Positions 44,885 through 54,792 of a DNA stretch of 64,000 nt are shown one piece after another. Origin of the DNA: Deltaproteobacteria bacterium (GTDB lineage: Bacteria; Desulfobacterota; Syntrophia; Syntrophales; UBA6807); contig JAFGQS010000110.1 in NCBI GenBank assembly GCA_016935565.1, forward strand, positions 27,532 through 91,531. The letters are read 5' to 3'. Under the pieces are notes generated by a model. The model did no database searches. It had not been told where the DNA came from and saw nothing but the letters and a program-made list of their open reading frames with translations. A program made the translations under genes and the position numbers. Positions within the stretch are counted from its first letter, which is position 1. Each line of letters begins with the position of its first letter.

Positions 44885-45649
44885 ATGAGCAACGAAATCA
44901 AATCGGGCGCCACACTGGATTTTATTGCCTCCCATGGGAACAGAACAATCGAAGCCAGAGGCCTTGTGAAAGATATTTCCGAGCAAAGCTTGCTTATCCT
45001 GCTTGACATAACCGACAAAAATATGACGCTTCCTGTCGGTACCGATCTCTATATTGCGGGAGAAGGTATTATCTACAATATTATCGAATCGTCAAACTTC
45101 CCCGAAGTAAGAATCCACAAAGTAGACGGAAGAAACTATACACGGGTTGATGATGTCCTGAGTGTCAACCACAAAACGATATCACATGACGAGTACAATC
45201 AATTCAGCAATACACCGTCAATGATCTTTCAGAATATATTCGGGGAGTCTTTCAAAATTCCTGAATTTGAAGATGTTTCCTTGAAGATGCTCTATGATCT
45301 CATGTATCGGGTCAGCCTGAAAATGGATCGTATATTGAGTGCGTTAGAGAGTACACGTTTGGGAAAGTATGAATCCTCTGACAATACACTTGTCAACATA
45401 AGCGGTGCCGGTATGCGTTTTATTACAGACCCTATTTATGCCGTTGGCGATTTAATTGCTCTGCAGTTCATGCTCCCCCTGGTAAATCAGCCCATTATCA
45501 ATGTCCTGGGTGAGGTCGTCAAGGTAACCGAGTCGGAACAAGAAGGTAAATGCAATACATCGGTCAAATTCGTTGATCTATCCGAAGACGATCGGGAAGT
45601 AATCATCAAGTATGTCTTTAAGAGACAGAGAGAGCTTCTAAGAGGATAA
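44885..45649 (+). CDS. YcgR-like PilZ-domain protein (putative c-di-GMP receptor / flagellar brake)
   Basis: An N-terminal PilZN-like beta domain is followed by the PilZ motifs RNYTR (RxxxR) and NISGAGMRF (D/NxSxxG). The two motifs are separated by an unusually long insert of about 83 aa. Confidence 0.75.
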   Translation: MSNEIKSGATLDFIASHGNRTIEARGLVKDISEQSLLILLDITDKNMTLPVGTDLYIAGEGIIYNIIESSNFPEVRIHKVDGRNYTRVDDVLSVNHKTISHDEYNQFSNTPSMIFQNIFGESFKIPEFEDVSLKMLYDLMYRVSLKMDRILSALESTRLGKYESSDNTLVNISGAGMRFITDPIYAVGDLIALQFMLPLVNQPIINVLGEVVKVTESEQEGKCNTSVKFVDLSEDDREVIIKYVFKRQRELLRG

Positions 45650-45691
45650 AATAAAAAAACTGCTTACAGTGTCACTCCCCATTCCTTCACA

Positions 45692-45744
45692 TTAAACCCG
45701 GAATTTGCAGTCACCTCCTTCTGCAATCTCCGGGTTTAATTTTC
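45692..45744 (+). terminator. Rho-independent terminator candidate after the PilZ gene
   Basis: TTAAACCCGGA...TCCGGGTTTAA forms an 11-bp outer stem, with an inner TTGCAG/CTGCAA stem. It is followed by TTTTC. Confidence 0.6.
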
Positions 45745-45843
45745 AATCCCTATCATGGCCCTCATTGCCGGTATTATTCCTCCGGTCATGACTTCAGGCA
45801 ACATGAACTTTTTATCATCACAATTGACAGGCATGGGCACCGC

Positions 45844-45877
45844 ATAAAAAAGGGCCTGTACCCACTGGACAGACCCT
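45844..45877 (-). terminator. Terminator candidate after the tRNA pair
   Basis: The minus strand reads AGGGTCTGTCCAGTGGGTACAGGCCCTTTTTTATG: a 9-bp stem with one mismatch, followed by T6. Confidence 0.5.
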
Positions 45878-45886
45878 CTATTATTC

Positions 45887-45962
45887 TGGAGGCGGCAACC
45901 GGATTCGAACCGGTGAATAACGGTTTTGCAGACCGCTGCCTTAGCCACTTGGCTATGCCGCC
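45887..45962 (-). tRNA. tRNA-Cys (GCA)
   Basis: The reverse complement is GGCGGCATAGCCAAGTGGCTAAGGCAGCGGTCTGCAAAACCGTTATTCACCGGTTCGAATCCGGTTGCCGCCTCCA. It folds as a cloverleaf with acceptor GGCGGCA/TGCCGCC, anticodon loop CTGCAAA, T-loop TTCGAAT and an encoded CCA. Confidence 0.9.
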
Positions 45963-45968
45963 TTTTTT

Positions 45969-46043
45969 TGGAGCGGGCGATGGGATTTGAACCCACGACG
46001 TCCACCTTGGCAAGGTGGCACTCTACCACTGAGTTACGCCCGC
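45969..46043 (-). tRNA. tRNA-Gly (GCC)
   Basis: The reverse complement is GCGGGCGTAACTCAGTGGTAGAGTGCCACCTTGCCAAGGTGGACGTCGTGGGTTCAAATCCCATCGCCCGCTCCA. Anticodon stem CCACC/GGTGG, loop TTGCCAA, encoded CCA. Confidence 0.9.
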
Positions 46044-46143
46044 ATCTTGTGTTTCTTCTCAATAATAAAATAGGCTTTTAATGTCAATAGAAAATTATCA
46101 TGGGATGAATAAATCTAACCGGAAAGATAATTTATTCTATTAA

Positions 46144-46743
46144 TTACTTTATTGCTACTCGGTAAAACCTCATAAAATAATCGCCGCCGGACCAGAGTGT
46201 CAGAACGAGGGCAAGATACAACACCGCCATTCCGACGGCATGTGCATCAGCACCGAAGAGCGGATAATGAATCAGCAATGCGGAAACGGCAAAAATCTGA
46301 CACAATGTCTTCTGTTTCCCCAGCTTGCTGGCGTAAATAACAAAATCATCCGTTGAGGCAATGCCTCTCAGTCCGTCGACAGCAAGATCCCTCATGATGA
46401 TTACTGCAACGATCCACGCAGGTATTCTCCCGATGGGGATCATCATAATCATAGCCGTATTCACAATGAGTTTATCCGCCAGGGGATCAAGATATTTCCC
46501 TATTTTTGTTACAATGTTATACTTTCTCGCTATATACCCGTCCAGCAAATCCGTCACCGCTGCAATAATGAATAATATGGCGATAATCAGACTCAGCATC
46601 TTGCCCGGGTTGAGAAGCAGCAGAAACAGTACCGGTATCACTCCTATTCTGATCAATGTTATACTGTTGGGAAGATTGAACACTTCCTTTTGATCGCTGG
46701 ATATGGGTAGTTTATCAAATGAATTTTTCAGAAAATCTATCAT
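46144..46743 (-). CDS. pgsA: CDP-diacylglycerol--glycerol-3-phosphate 3-phosphatidyltransferase
   Basis: CDP-alcohol phosphotransferase motif DLLDGYIARK...GKYLDPLADK. 199-aa polytopic membrane protein. Confidence 0.9.
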   Translation of the reverse strand: MIDFLKNSFDKLPISSDQKEVFNLPNSITLIRIGVIPVLFLLLLNPGKMLSLIIAILFIIAAVTDLLDGYIARKYNIVTKIGKYLDPLADKLIVNTAMIMMIPIGRIPAWIVAVIIMRDLAVDGLRGIASTDDFVIYASKLGKQKTLCQIFAVSALLIHYPLFGADAHAVGMAVLYLALVLTLWSGGDYFMRFYRVAIK

Positions 46744-46744
46744 G

Positions 46745-47392
46745 TTACCTTTTAGGAACCTTTTCCCAATCAGCTAAAAATTTATCGACCCCTATGTCCG
46801 TCAGCGGATGCTTGGCCAGCTGCATTAAAACCTTAAAAGGCACGGTGGCGATATCGGCACCCATCATGGCCGCTTCAAGAACATGAATCGGATGTCTCAC
46901 ACTGGCGACCAAGACTTCGCAGTCAAAGTCATAGTTGCTGAAAATGGTTATAATCTGCTCGACTATATCCATTCCAAAATGGGAGATATCGTCAAGCCTT
47001 CCGACGAAAGGACTCACGTAAGCAGCACCTGCCTTGGCAGCCATTAATGCTTGAACGGAAGAGAAGATCAATGTTTGATTTACTCGAATGCCTTCGCCTG
47101 ATAATATTTTTGTAGCCTTCAAACCCTCGGGCAGCATCGGCACTTTGACAACAACATTATCGGCCAACTTTGCCAACTTTCTTCCTTCCTTCACCATGCC
47201 GTCGGCATCGAGACTGACGACTTCCAAACTTACCGGACCCTTAACGATTTCTAAAATTTCCTTCACAACGGTATCGAAATCTTTGTTTTCTTTCGAAACA
47301 AGGGTCGGGTTGGTGGTCACCCCGTCAACCATTCCCAGTCTGAGGCCCTCTTTTATCTCTTCAATGTTACCCGTATCAATAAAAAACTTCAT
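46745..47392 (-). CDS. tal: Short-form transaldolase / fructose-6-phosphate aldolase
   Basis: 215 aa. [13 protein letters not shown]...GVTTNPTL...VVKVP are signatures of the Tal/Fsa subfamily. Confidence 0.9.
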   Translation of the reverse strand: MKFFIDTGNIEEIKEGLRLGMVDGVTTNPTLVSKENKDFDTVVKEILEIVKGPVSLEVVSLDADGMVKEGRKLAKLADNVVVKVPMLPEGLKATKILSGEGIRVNQTLIFSSVQALMAAKAGAAYVSPFVGRLDDISHFGMDIVEQIITIFSNYDFDCEVLVASVRHPIHVLEAAMMGADIATVPFKVLMQLAKHPLTDIGVDKFLADWEKVPKR

Positions 47393-47517
47393 ACAACCTC
47401 CCGCCAGTAATTCAATTAAAAATGAAGAGTGAAACGTTATCCGGCTCGATTAAACAATAATCTGAACGATGCAAACAAAACAGTATGTTTTTCTTTTTCA
47501 CTTTTCATTCTCAACCT

Positions 47518-47796
47518 TTAATTCTTTCTTTTCTCGGTCTTATATTTTTCAAAACACTCCTGAGAGCAGAAGTAACATATTTTTCCATCAATCGATGCCT
47601 TGTATGCATCGCTCAATGGAATATACGTATTGCAGTAAGGGTCCTGCACCATGTCCTCGCCATCTATCGGTGTTGGCTCCCCGGGGAAATGTTCCTGTCT
47701 TTCATCTGACGGTAGAAAAATCGCCTTTGCCAGACGGTATACCAGATATACAATAACGATAGCAACTATTAAACGAAGCATGGCACCCAACATCAC
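47518..47796 (-). CDS. Membrane-anchored YHS/TRASH-like zinc-ribbon protein
   Basis: 92 aa. N-terminal transmembrane helix, C-terminus DPYCNTYIP...GKICYFCSQECFEKY (Cys-rich YHS/TRASH pattern). Confidence 0.5.
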   Translation of the reverse strand: MMLGAMLRLIVAIVIVYLVYRLAKAIFLPSDERQEHFPGEPTPIDGEDMVQDPYCNTYIPLSDAYKASIDGKICYFCSQECFEKYKTEKRKN

Positions 47797-47837
47797 AGTC
47801 TGTCGCTCGTTTTATGATAAAATACGGATCTGATCGA

Positions 47838-48362
47838 TTATTGTTCACGACGACGGATCAGATCAACCGCACTTGTATCCTTAAGGCGATTCAATAGTCC
47901 TTTCATTGAAATACCGAAAGAGGGGTGGATAACATATGACGCGATCTCATTCATGGGAACAAGGACAAAACGTCTTGTATGCAACTCAGGGTGCGGTATT
48001 GAAAGGTTTTCCTCTCGTATAATCTCCTGTCCATAAAAAAGAATGTCGAGATCAATGATTCTCGGTCCCCAACGCTCCTCTCGCGTCCTTCCCATTGCGC
48101 TCTCTATGTTCTGAAGCATGCTCAGGAGGGTGGAAGCTTTCTGACTTGTCTCTATTTCAAGAACACAGTTGATAAACCACGCTTGATTCTGTACCCCAAC
48201 AGGTTCCGTTCTATAGAGGGATGACTTTCTCGAAATCTTCACATGTTCTAACGCCGAAATCAGCTCAATTGATTTCAGACAATTCAAAACAGGATCTTCT
48301 CTGTTTGAACCTATTCCGATGTAACAGACAATTGTACGACCGTCCTCTCTCACGTTTGCCAC
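47838..48362 (-). CDS. folK: 2-amino-4-hydroxy-6-hydroxymethyldihydropteridine pyrophosphokinase
   Basis: YIGIGSNREDP, WGPRIIDLDILFY and PHPELHTRRFVLVP are HPPK signatures. Confidence 0.9.
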   Translation of the reverse strand: MANVREDGRTIVCYIGIGSNREDPVLNCLKSIELISALEHVKISRKSSLYRTEPVGVQNQAWFINCVLEIETSQKASTLLSMLQNIESAMGRTREERWGPRIIDLDILFYGQEIIREENLSIPHPELHTRRFVLVPMNEIASYVIHPSFGISMKGLLNRLKDTSAVDLIRRREQ

Positions 48363-48564
48363 TGTCCCTGTTTTTCTTTGACCTGCCGTCCCAACGTTTC
48401 ACTTCGTAAGGGTTGATTTTCTTTAACAACCGGGTAGGGGACACCCCCGGTTCTGCACCCAACTCCCTTATCGCCGTCAGGACAATCATTGACGATGCTG
48501 TTCGTATGGTTCATCACCGGGATGACAACAATCGAGGCCCGATTCGACAACTATCCAAAGCCAC

Positions 48565-49374
48565 CTAAGATTCCCGCAAACCCAGAACATCCTGCATGTC
48601 GTACAAACCGTTGTTCTGATTCACGATCCATTTTGCGGCACGGATTGCCCCTTTTGCAAAATTGTCTCGACTGTGCGCTCGATGGATAAATTCCAGGCGC
48701 TCTCCGATACCACCGAAAATGACGGTATGTTCACCAACAATATCACCGGCCCTGACGGTTTGAATACCGATTTCCTCTTTGCGCCTCTCACCAATAACGC
48801 CTTTTCGCCCATACACGCCATACGTATCAAGATCACGTTCCAGTTGATCGGCTATGATCTGAGCCATTTTCACGGCTGTCCCGCTTGGGGCATCTTTTTT
48901 CAAATTATGGTGTGCTTCCACGATCTCAACGTCAAAGTCGTCTCCCAGTATACCGGCCACATAGTCGAGGACTTTAAACATGACATTAACGCCGACGCTC
49001 ATGTTCGGAGCCAAGATACAACGGGTCTTCTCTGCCAGTTTCTTGATGCTTTCCATCTCGTCGGCCGTGAGACCGGTAGTTCCGATCACCATTGCCTTCT
49101 TATTTTCGACGGCAGTCTTCAAATGATCGACGACAACATCGTGATGGGTAAAATCTATAATCACATCTCCCTTCTCGACACATTTTGAAAGGTCATCGTC
49201 TATTGTAACGCCGAGGGTACCGAGTCCCAGATTTTGACCCACATCCGTACCGATCAGAGGATGTCCCTTTCGCTCGACCGCGCCGACTACCTCAATACCG
49301 TCAGTGGAACTGATGAGCGTTATAATACGACCGCCCATCCTGCCGGCACCACCCATTACAATTGCTTTTATCAT
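48565..49374 (-). CDS. dapB: 4-hydroxy-tetrahydrodipicolinate reductase
   Basis: MIKAIVMGGAGRMGG NAD-binding N-terminus, EAHHNLKKDAPSGTA motif, 269 aa. Confidence 0.95.
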   Translation of the reverse strand: MIKAIVMGGAGRMGGRIITLISSTDGIEVVGAVERKGHPLIGTDVGQNLGLGTLGVTIDDDLSKCVEKGDVIIDFTHHDVVVDHLKTAVENKKAMVIGTTGLTADEMESIKKLAEKTRCILAPNMSVGVNVMFKVLDYVAGILGDDFDVEIVEAHHNLKKDAPSGTAVKMAQIIADQLERDLDTYGVYGRKGVIGERRKEEIGIQTVRAGDIVGEHTVIFGGIGERLEFIHRAHSRDNFAKGAIRAAKWIVNQNNGLYDMQDVLGLRES

Positions 49375-49437
49375 TGTTCAGCCCCCCAGCCCTATCCTAT
49401 TATGTGTTCTCAGGCGCTCAATATTTAATAACACTAT

Positions 49438-50313
49438 CTATGTAATCAGCCCGTAATCCCGCACCACTTTTTTGAGTCTCTCAAAATTAACATCAGACAT
49501 CTTGCATAACGGGAGTCGTACTTCATATTCTATTTTTCCCATCAGGTAGAGAGCGGCTTTGCTGGGAATGGGATTCGTTTCAAAAAAGAGGGCATCCATC
49601 AAAGGACGCATCTTGTAATGCAGCTCCCTTGCTTTTGTCTTATCACCAGCGTTATAAGCATCAATCATCCCTGCCATATCGGCAGGAGCAACGTTCGATA
49701 TAACGGAAATGACACCTTTTCCGCCGACTTCAAGGATCGGCAAAACGGTGAAATCATCACCCGACAGGACAATAAAATCATCGCGACACAGATCTATCAC
49801 CTTGCTTATCTGTTTCAGGTCTCCCGTGGCCTCCTTGACACCGACGATGTTACTGATCTCTGATAGACGTGCGAGGGTCTCCGGCAACATATTCGTTCCT
49901 GTCCTGCTTGGCACATTATAGGGAAAAATAGGAATCGGTACTTCCTCGGCCACCGCTTTGTAATGCTGATACTGCCCTTCCGGAGTCGGCCTGTTATAGT
50001 ACGGAGTTACCATCAACGCAGCATCTGCTCCTGCTTCGTAAGCATGCTTCGTCAAACGGATAGCCTCTCTTGTACTGTTTGATCCCGTACCGGCAATGAC
50101 AGGCACTCTTTTCTTGACAGCATCAATACAGATTTCTACCACTCTATCGTGCTCTTCATGCGACAATGTTGCCGATTCACCCGTTGTTCCGCAGGGAACG
50201 ATTCCATCGGTTCCGTTTTCTATCTGGAATTCGATGAGCTCCCTATACCTCTCCTCATCTACCTCTCCGTTTTTGAAAGGTGTGACGATCGCCACAATGG
50301 CTCCATTAAACAT
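49438..50313 (-). CDS. dapA: 4-hydroxy-tetrahydrodipicolinate synthase
   Basis: GAIVAIVTPF, GTTGESATLS and the active-site Lys context VGVKEATG. 291 aa. Confidence 0.95.
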   Translation of the reverse strand: MFNGAIVAIVTPFKNGEVDEERYRELIEFQIENGTDGIVPCGTTGESATLSHEEHDRVVEICIDAVKKRVPVIAGTGSNSTREAIRLTKHAYEAGADAALMVTPYYNRPTPEGQYQHYKAVAEEVPIPIFPYNVPSRTGTNMLPETLARLSEISNIVGVKEATGDLKQISKVIDLCRDDFIVLSGDDFTVLPILEVGGKGVISVISNVAPADMAGMIDAYNAGDKTKARELHYKMRPLMDALFFETNPIPSKAALYLMGKIEYEVRLPLCKMSDVNFERLKKVVRDYGLIT

Positions 50314-50373
50314 AATCTCATCCCCCTTTGGATGTTACTTTTTATTCGTTTTCTTGCTGACTTATAACCCTTT

Positions 50374-51639
50374 TTATTCTTTTTCCTTTAAAAATTCCGG
50401 TATCTCCTCCCCTCTGATTATATCTTCATAGGTTTCCCTTTTTCTTATCACATAGTACCGGTCGTCCTGAATGAGAACCTCTGCAACTCTCGGCCTTGAA
50501 TTATAGTTTGAAGCCATGGTAAAGCCATACGCACCGGCACTCATCACTGCAAGAAGATCTCCCCTTTTGAGTTGAGGCATTGATCTTTTCTTTGCAATGA
50601 AATCTCCCGATTCGCAGATAGGACCGACGACATCTGCTGTAATAACCGGGCTTTCATTTTGTATAACCGGCTGAACCTGATGATATGATTCATAGAGACT
50701 GGGGCGTATCAAATCGTTCATGCCCGCATCGACGACAATAAAATTTTTGCCGTCACTATCTTTTGTATACAGAACTTGAGACACAAGTATGCCGGCATTT
50801 CCGATGATTACGCGTCCCGGCTCTAATATGAATGTACAATCGATATTCCCCGCTCTCTTAATAAGAGCCGTGGCATATTCTGTCGGATGTGGGGGTGTCT
50901 CTTCATCATAAGTAATACCGAGACCGCCGCCAAGATCTAGATAGCTGATATTAATATTCTCTTCTCTCAACAAATCGATCAGTTTTTTCAATCGATCCAG
51001 GGCATCCAGAAAGGGAGATATTTCGGTAATCTGAGAACCGATGTGGCAATCGACACCGATAATATCTATGTTATCAAGTTGTTGTGCTCGACGATATTCA
51101 TCGAGTGATCTGTTGATATCTATCCCGAACTTATTTTCTTTCAGTCCCGTTGATATATGGGGATGTGTCATGGGATCGACATCAGGATTTACTCTGAGCG
51201 CTATTCTGGCCTTTTTACCCACCTGACCGGCACAGGCATTGATAACCTCGATTTCCTGAGATGATTCCACATTAAACATCAATATCTCTTTTTCAATGGC
51301 AAATTTTATTTCATCCTCTCTTTTTCCCACACCGGAATAGACAACCTTGTGAGGATCCACTCCCGCCTGCAATGCCCGGTACAGTTCTCCGCCTGAAACA
51401 ATGTCTACCCCGCCGCCCTGCCGTATGAGAACTTTCAGTATTGCTATGTTTGAATTGGATTTTGATGAAAAGCAGATCATATGAGGAACATCTGCAAAAG
51501 CCTGATCGAATACATTGAAATGCCGTTCGATAGTCCGGCAACTATAGAGATAAAACGGCGTCCCTACATCTCCGGCGATTTTTGTTACAGGAACATCCTC
51601 GCACCATAGTTCGTTGTCAACATAACGAAAATAATCCAT
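50374..51639 (-). CDS. lysA: Diaminopimelate decarboxylase
   Basis: 421 aa. PLP-fold-III signatures (FSSKSNSN, GGGLGI, CESGD). Confidence 0.95.
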   Translation of the reverse strand: MDYFRYVDNELWCEDVPVTKIAGDVGTPFYLYSCRTIERHFNVFDQAFADVPHMICFSSKSNSNIAILKVLIRQGGGVDIVSGGELYRALQAGVDPHKVVYSGVGKREDEIKFAIEKEILMFNVESSQEIEVINACAGQVGKKARIALRVNPDVDPMTHPHISTGLKENKFGIDINRSLDEYRRAQQLDNIDIIGVDCHIGSQITEISPFLDALDRLKKLIDLLREENINISYLDLGGGLGITYDEETPPHPTEYATALIKRAGNIDCTFILEPGRVIIGNAGILVSQVLYTKDSDGKNFIVVDAGMNDLIRPSLYESYHQVQPVIQNESPVITADVVGPICESGDFIAKKRSMPQLKRGDLLAVMSAGAYGFTMASNYNSRPRVAEVLIQDDRYYVIRKRETYEDIIRGEEIPEFLKEKE

Positions 51640-51695
51640 CCTACAATCTCTCTTGGCAAAAACTTATTTCTACGACCATGACAACATTTTACCCG

Positions 51696-52172
51696 TCATG
51701 GAAATTTAATCTCGGCACGATTTGATTCCTCGCTGCACGTTCCTGACGGACCGCACAACAATACCTTATACGAATAAAGATGTCCAGCCTTTACATTGCT
51801 ATCTCGATAGGCGACACTCTGTCGTCTACGCCATATCAGCTTTGAATCCTGAAAAGAAATTTCCACTAATCGGCTATAGTGTCGAGGACATTCGGGGCAG
51901 TCATTACCCTCTATTTCCAACTCACTCCTGACAATCCGGAAGATCGAATTATCCTCCTTGCCCCCACTTATAGTCCAGCTGAGTTCAACGGTGTTCTCTT
52001 TAATAGCGACACCGAGATCGGATACTGCTGCCGGTTTTATGTTTGCGGGACAACGGGGGTCTGCTTTTTTTCCGCAGCCCGTAAAAACCCCCCCGGACAC
52101 AACGATTGTCACAATAACAATACATATACCGAACGGAACTCTCTTAGTTCTTTTTCTCCTCAATCTCAACAA
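51696..52172 (-). CDS. Hypothetical lipoprotein
   Basis: Signal peptide with lipobox VFTGC followed by a beta-rich domain. It sits between argH and lysA and overlaps the argH 3' end by 29 nt. Confidence 0.5.
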   Translation of the reverse strand: MLRLRRKRTKRVPFGICIVIVTIVVSGGVFTGCGKKADPRCPANIKPAAVSDLGVAIKENTVELSWTISGGKEDNSIFRIVRSELEIEGNDCPECPRHYSRLVEISFQDSKLIWRRRQSVAYRDSNVKAGHLYSYKVLLCGPSGTCSEESNRAEIKFP

Positions 52173-53538
52173 TCCTTCTCAAGACCATTTCTTTTGACGT
52201 ACCACCGGGAATGTTTCTGGCGTTAATCGAAGATTCCACGGTCAAACGGTCGTAAACGTCCTCCCGGAAACCTTCGTAAAAGTGCCTGAATTCTTCCATG
52301 GTCAACGACGGCAATGCTTTATCCTTCTCAATACAATATCTGACAAGACGTCCCACTATTTCATGGGCATCCCGGAAGGAAACACCATGCATGACTAGAT
52401 ATTCAGCAACGTCGGTGGCGGTAGAAAATCCTTTGGCCGCCTCTTCTGACATTCTCAGTTTGTTAAAGCACAGGTTTTTTGTCATTTCCGACAGGATATG
52501 AACGCTTCCCTGTACGGTATCGATCGTATCGAAAAGGGGTTCCTTATCTTCCTGAAGATCCCGGTCATACGCCATAGGAAGACCTTTCAGGACAGTCAGG
52601 ATTGCAACAAGATTGCCATAAACGCGGCCCGTTTTGCCCCTGATTAATTCTGCAACATCGGGATTTTTCTTCTGGGGCATAATGCTGCTCCCCGTCGTAA
52701 AGGCATCCGATATTTCGACAAAACCGTATTCTTCACTGGTCCAGATAATGAGATCCTCACAGAACCGGCTCATATGCATCATTAAGAGACTTGCATCGAA
52801 GATAAACTCTGCAACAAAGTCTCTATCGGAGACCGCATCCATACTGTTTTTTGTCATTGATGGGAATGCAAGGCATTCGGAAACATAGTCCCGATCTATG
52901 GACAAACCGGTACCGGCAAGCGCAGCAGAACCCAGGGGCATGATGTTGGTTCTCTGATAACATTCTGTGAGTCGACTGTGATCACGATTGAACATTTCCC
53001 AGTATGCAAGGAGATAATGAGAGAGAAGTACCGGTTGAGCCCTTTGCAGATGTGTATATCCCGGCATGACCGTATCGATCTCGTTCTTTGCCAGGCTCAC
53101 GAGTGAAGATTTCAGGGTTTTCACCAGATCGATTGTCCGCAGAATTTCATCTCTCATGTAAAGCCGCATATCAAGAGAAACCTGATCATTTCTGCTTCGC
53201 CCCGTATGAAGTTTTCCTCCCACGTCCCCGATACGGCCCATGAGAGATCGTTCAACCGCCATATGGATATCCTCACAATCAATGGAATAGTCAAAATTTC
53301 CCATTTCCATATCTTCAAGAATATCCTTAAGGCCGGACACGATCTTGTTCTCCTCTTCTTTCGATATGATTCCCTGTCTGGCGAGCATCCTGCAGTGGGC
53401 AATACTGCCGTCAATATCATACCGGTATAATCGCTTATCAAAATCGATCGAGGCGGTAAACTCTTCTACCTGTCTGTCCGTGGGTTCCGTAAATCGCCCA
53501 CCCCAGGGCTTCTTATCTTTCGTCATAGGCTTTTCCAA
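52144..53538 (-). CDS. argH: Argininosuccinate lyase
   Basis: 464 aa. WGGRF N-terminus and the fumarate-lyase signature [12 protein letters not shown]. Confidence 0.95.
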   Translation of the reverse strand: MEKPMTKDKKPWGGRFTEPTDRQVEEFTASIDFDKRLYRYDIDGSIAHCRMLARQGIISKEEENKIVSGLKDILEDMEMGNFDYSIDCEDIHMAVERSLMGRIGDVGGKLHTGRSRNDQVSLDMRLYMRDEILRTIDLVKTLKSSLVSLAKNEIDTVMPGYTHLQRAQPVLLSHYLLAYWEMFNRDHSRLTECYQRTNIMPLGSAALAGTGLSIDRDYVSECLAFPSMTKNSMDAVSDRDFVAEFIFDASLLMMHMSRFCEDLIIWTSEEYGFVEISDAFTTGSSIMPQKKNPDVAELIRGKTGRVYGNLVAILTVLKGLPMAYDRDLQEDKEPLFDTIDTVQGSVHILSEMTKNLCFNKLRMSEEAAKGFSTATDVAEYLVMHGVSFRDAHEIVGRLVRYCIEKDKALPSLTMEEFRHFYEGFREDVYDRLTVESSINARNIPGGTSKEMVLRRIVEIEEKKN

Positions 53539-53586
53539 CGGTACACTGTAATGTTACCGCACATGTCCAGCAAGGAGCAACAAATA

Positions 53587-54792
53587 CTACTTGTTGAGCA
53601 GCGCGCGAATTCTCATTCTCAAGGCATTTAACTTTATAAAGCCCGTGGCATCTTTCTGATCGTAAACTTCATCTTTATCAAAGGTAGCAAAATCCTCGCT
53701 GTAGAGAGACTGGGGAGATTTTCGCCCTACGACGATACAATTCCCTTTGTATAATTTAATACGTGCCGTTCCGTTCACATTTTTCTGCGTTTCATCGATC
53801 AGCTTCTGCATAACCTCCATTTCCGGCGAATACCAGAATCCGTTGTAAACAAGCTGGGAATATTTCGGAATGAGGGAATCTCTCATCAACATTACCTCCC
53901 GATCCATGGTAATAGACTCTACCGCCCGATGAGCAGCCCAGAGTATCGTTCCGCCCGGTGTTTCGTAAACCCCCCGGGATTTCATTCCGACGAAACGATT
54001 TTCAACCATATCTACTCTGCCGATGCCATTGGCACCGGCAAGTTCATTCATCGTATCCAGAAGAACGGCCGGGCTCAGCATGTTGCCATTCACAGCCACA
54101 GGATTCCCCTCTACAAAATCAATCTCTACATAGGTGGGGATATCGGGGGCCTGTTCCGGTGACACTGTCAGAACGAATATATTTTCCGGCGGTTCCGCCC
54201 AGGGATCCTCAAGAATTCCTCCCTCGTGTGAAATGTGGAGAATATTCCTGTCTTCACTGTACGGTTTTTCTTTTGTCATGGTAATGGGGATGTTATGCTG
54301 GTTTGCATAGTCGATCATTGCATCCCGCGATGTCAACGTCCAGCGATCATCTTTCCAGGGTGATATGATTTTGATATTGGGTTCGAGGGCCAGGTAGGTT
54401 ATCTCAAACCGGACCTGATCATTCCCTTTGCCCGTTGATCCGTGGCAGACCGCATCGGCACTCTCTTGCCGGGCAATTTCAATCTGCCTCTTGGCAATGA
54501 GCGGCCGTGCCAGCGAGGTCCCCATGAGATAGGTTCCCTCGTAAATTGCATTTGCCCTCAGAGCGGGAAAAACGAACTCCCTTACGAATTCTTCCGTTAA
54601 ATCTTCAATATAGATTTTGCTGGCCCCGGTATTGATAGCCTTTTCTTCAAGGCCTTCCAGTTCTTCTTTCTGGCCCAGGTCGGCAGCAAAAGCTATTACT
54701 TCACAATCAAATGTCTCAATTAACCATCGAACGATGACAGAGGTATCTAACCCCCCCGAATATGCCAGTACGACTTTCTTTACATCACTCAT
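53587..54792 (-). CDS. argG: Argininosuccinate synthase
   Basis: AYSGGLDTS and [13 protein letters not shown] motifs. 401 aa. Confidence 0.97.
   Translation of the reverse strand: MSDVKKVVLAYSGGLDTSVIVRWLIETFDCEVIAFAADLGQKEELEGLEEKAINTGASKIYIEDLTEEFVREFVFPALRANAIYEGTYLMGTSLARPLIAKRQIEIARQESADAVCHGSTGKGNDQVRFEITYLALEPNIKIISPWKDDRWTLTSRDAMIDYANQHNIPITMTKEKPYSEDRNILHISHEGGILEDPWAEPPENIFVLTVSPEQAPDIPTYVEIDFVEGNPVAVNGNMLSPAVLLDTMNELAGANGIGRVDMVENRFVGMKSRGVYETPGGTILWAAHRAVESITMDREVMLMRDSLIPKYSQLVYNGFWYSPEMEVMQKLIDETQKNVNGTARIKLYKGNCIVVGRKSPQSLYSEDFATFDKDEVYDQKDATGFIKLNALRMRIRALLNK

Noticed and set aside
45736-46062. 108-aa and 75-aa minus-strand ORFs (45736-46062 and 45786-46013).
   Set aside because: They run straight through tRNA-Cys and tRNA-Gly, so they are artefacts of stop-free tRNA sequence.
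48350-48550. A 66-aa ORF (TTG start) in the dapB-folK spacer, considered as a possible small gene or folB remnant.
   Set aside because: It has a non-ATG start with a weak, distant RBS, overlaps the folK start, and shows no resemblance to FolB or any other family I recognise. It is kept only as part of the spacer finding.
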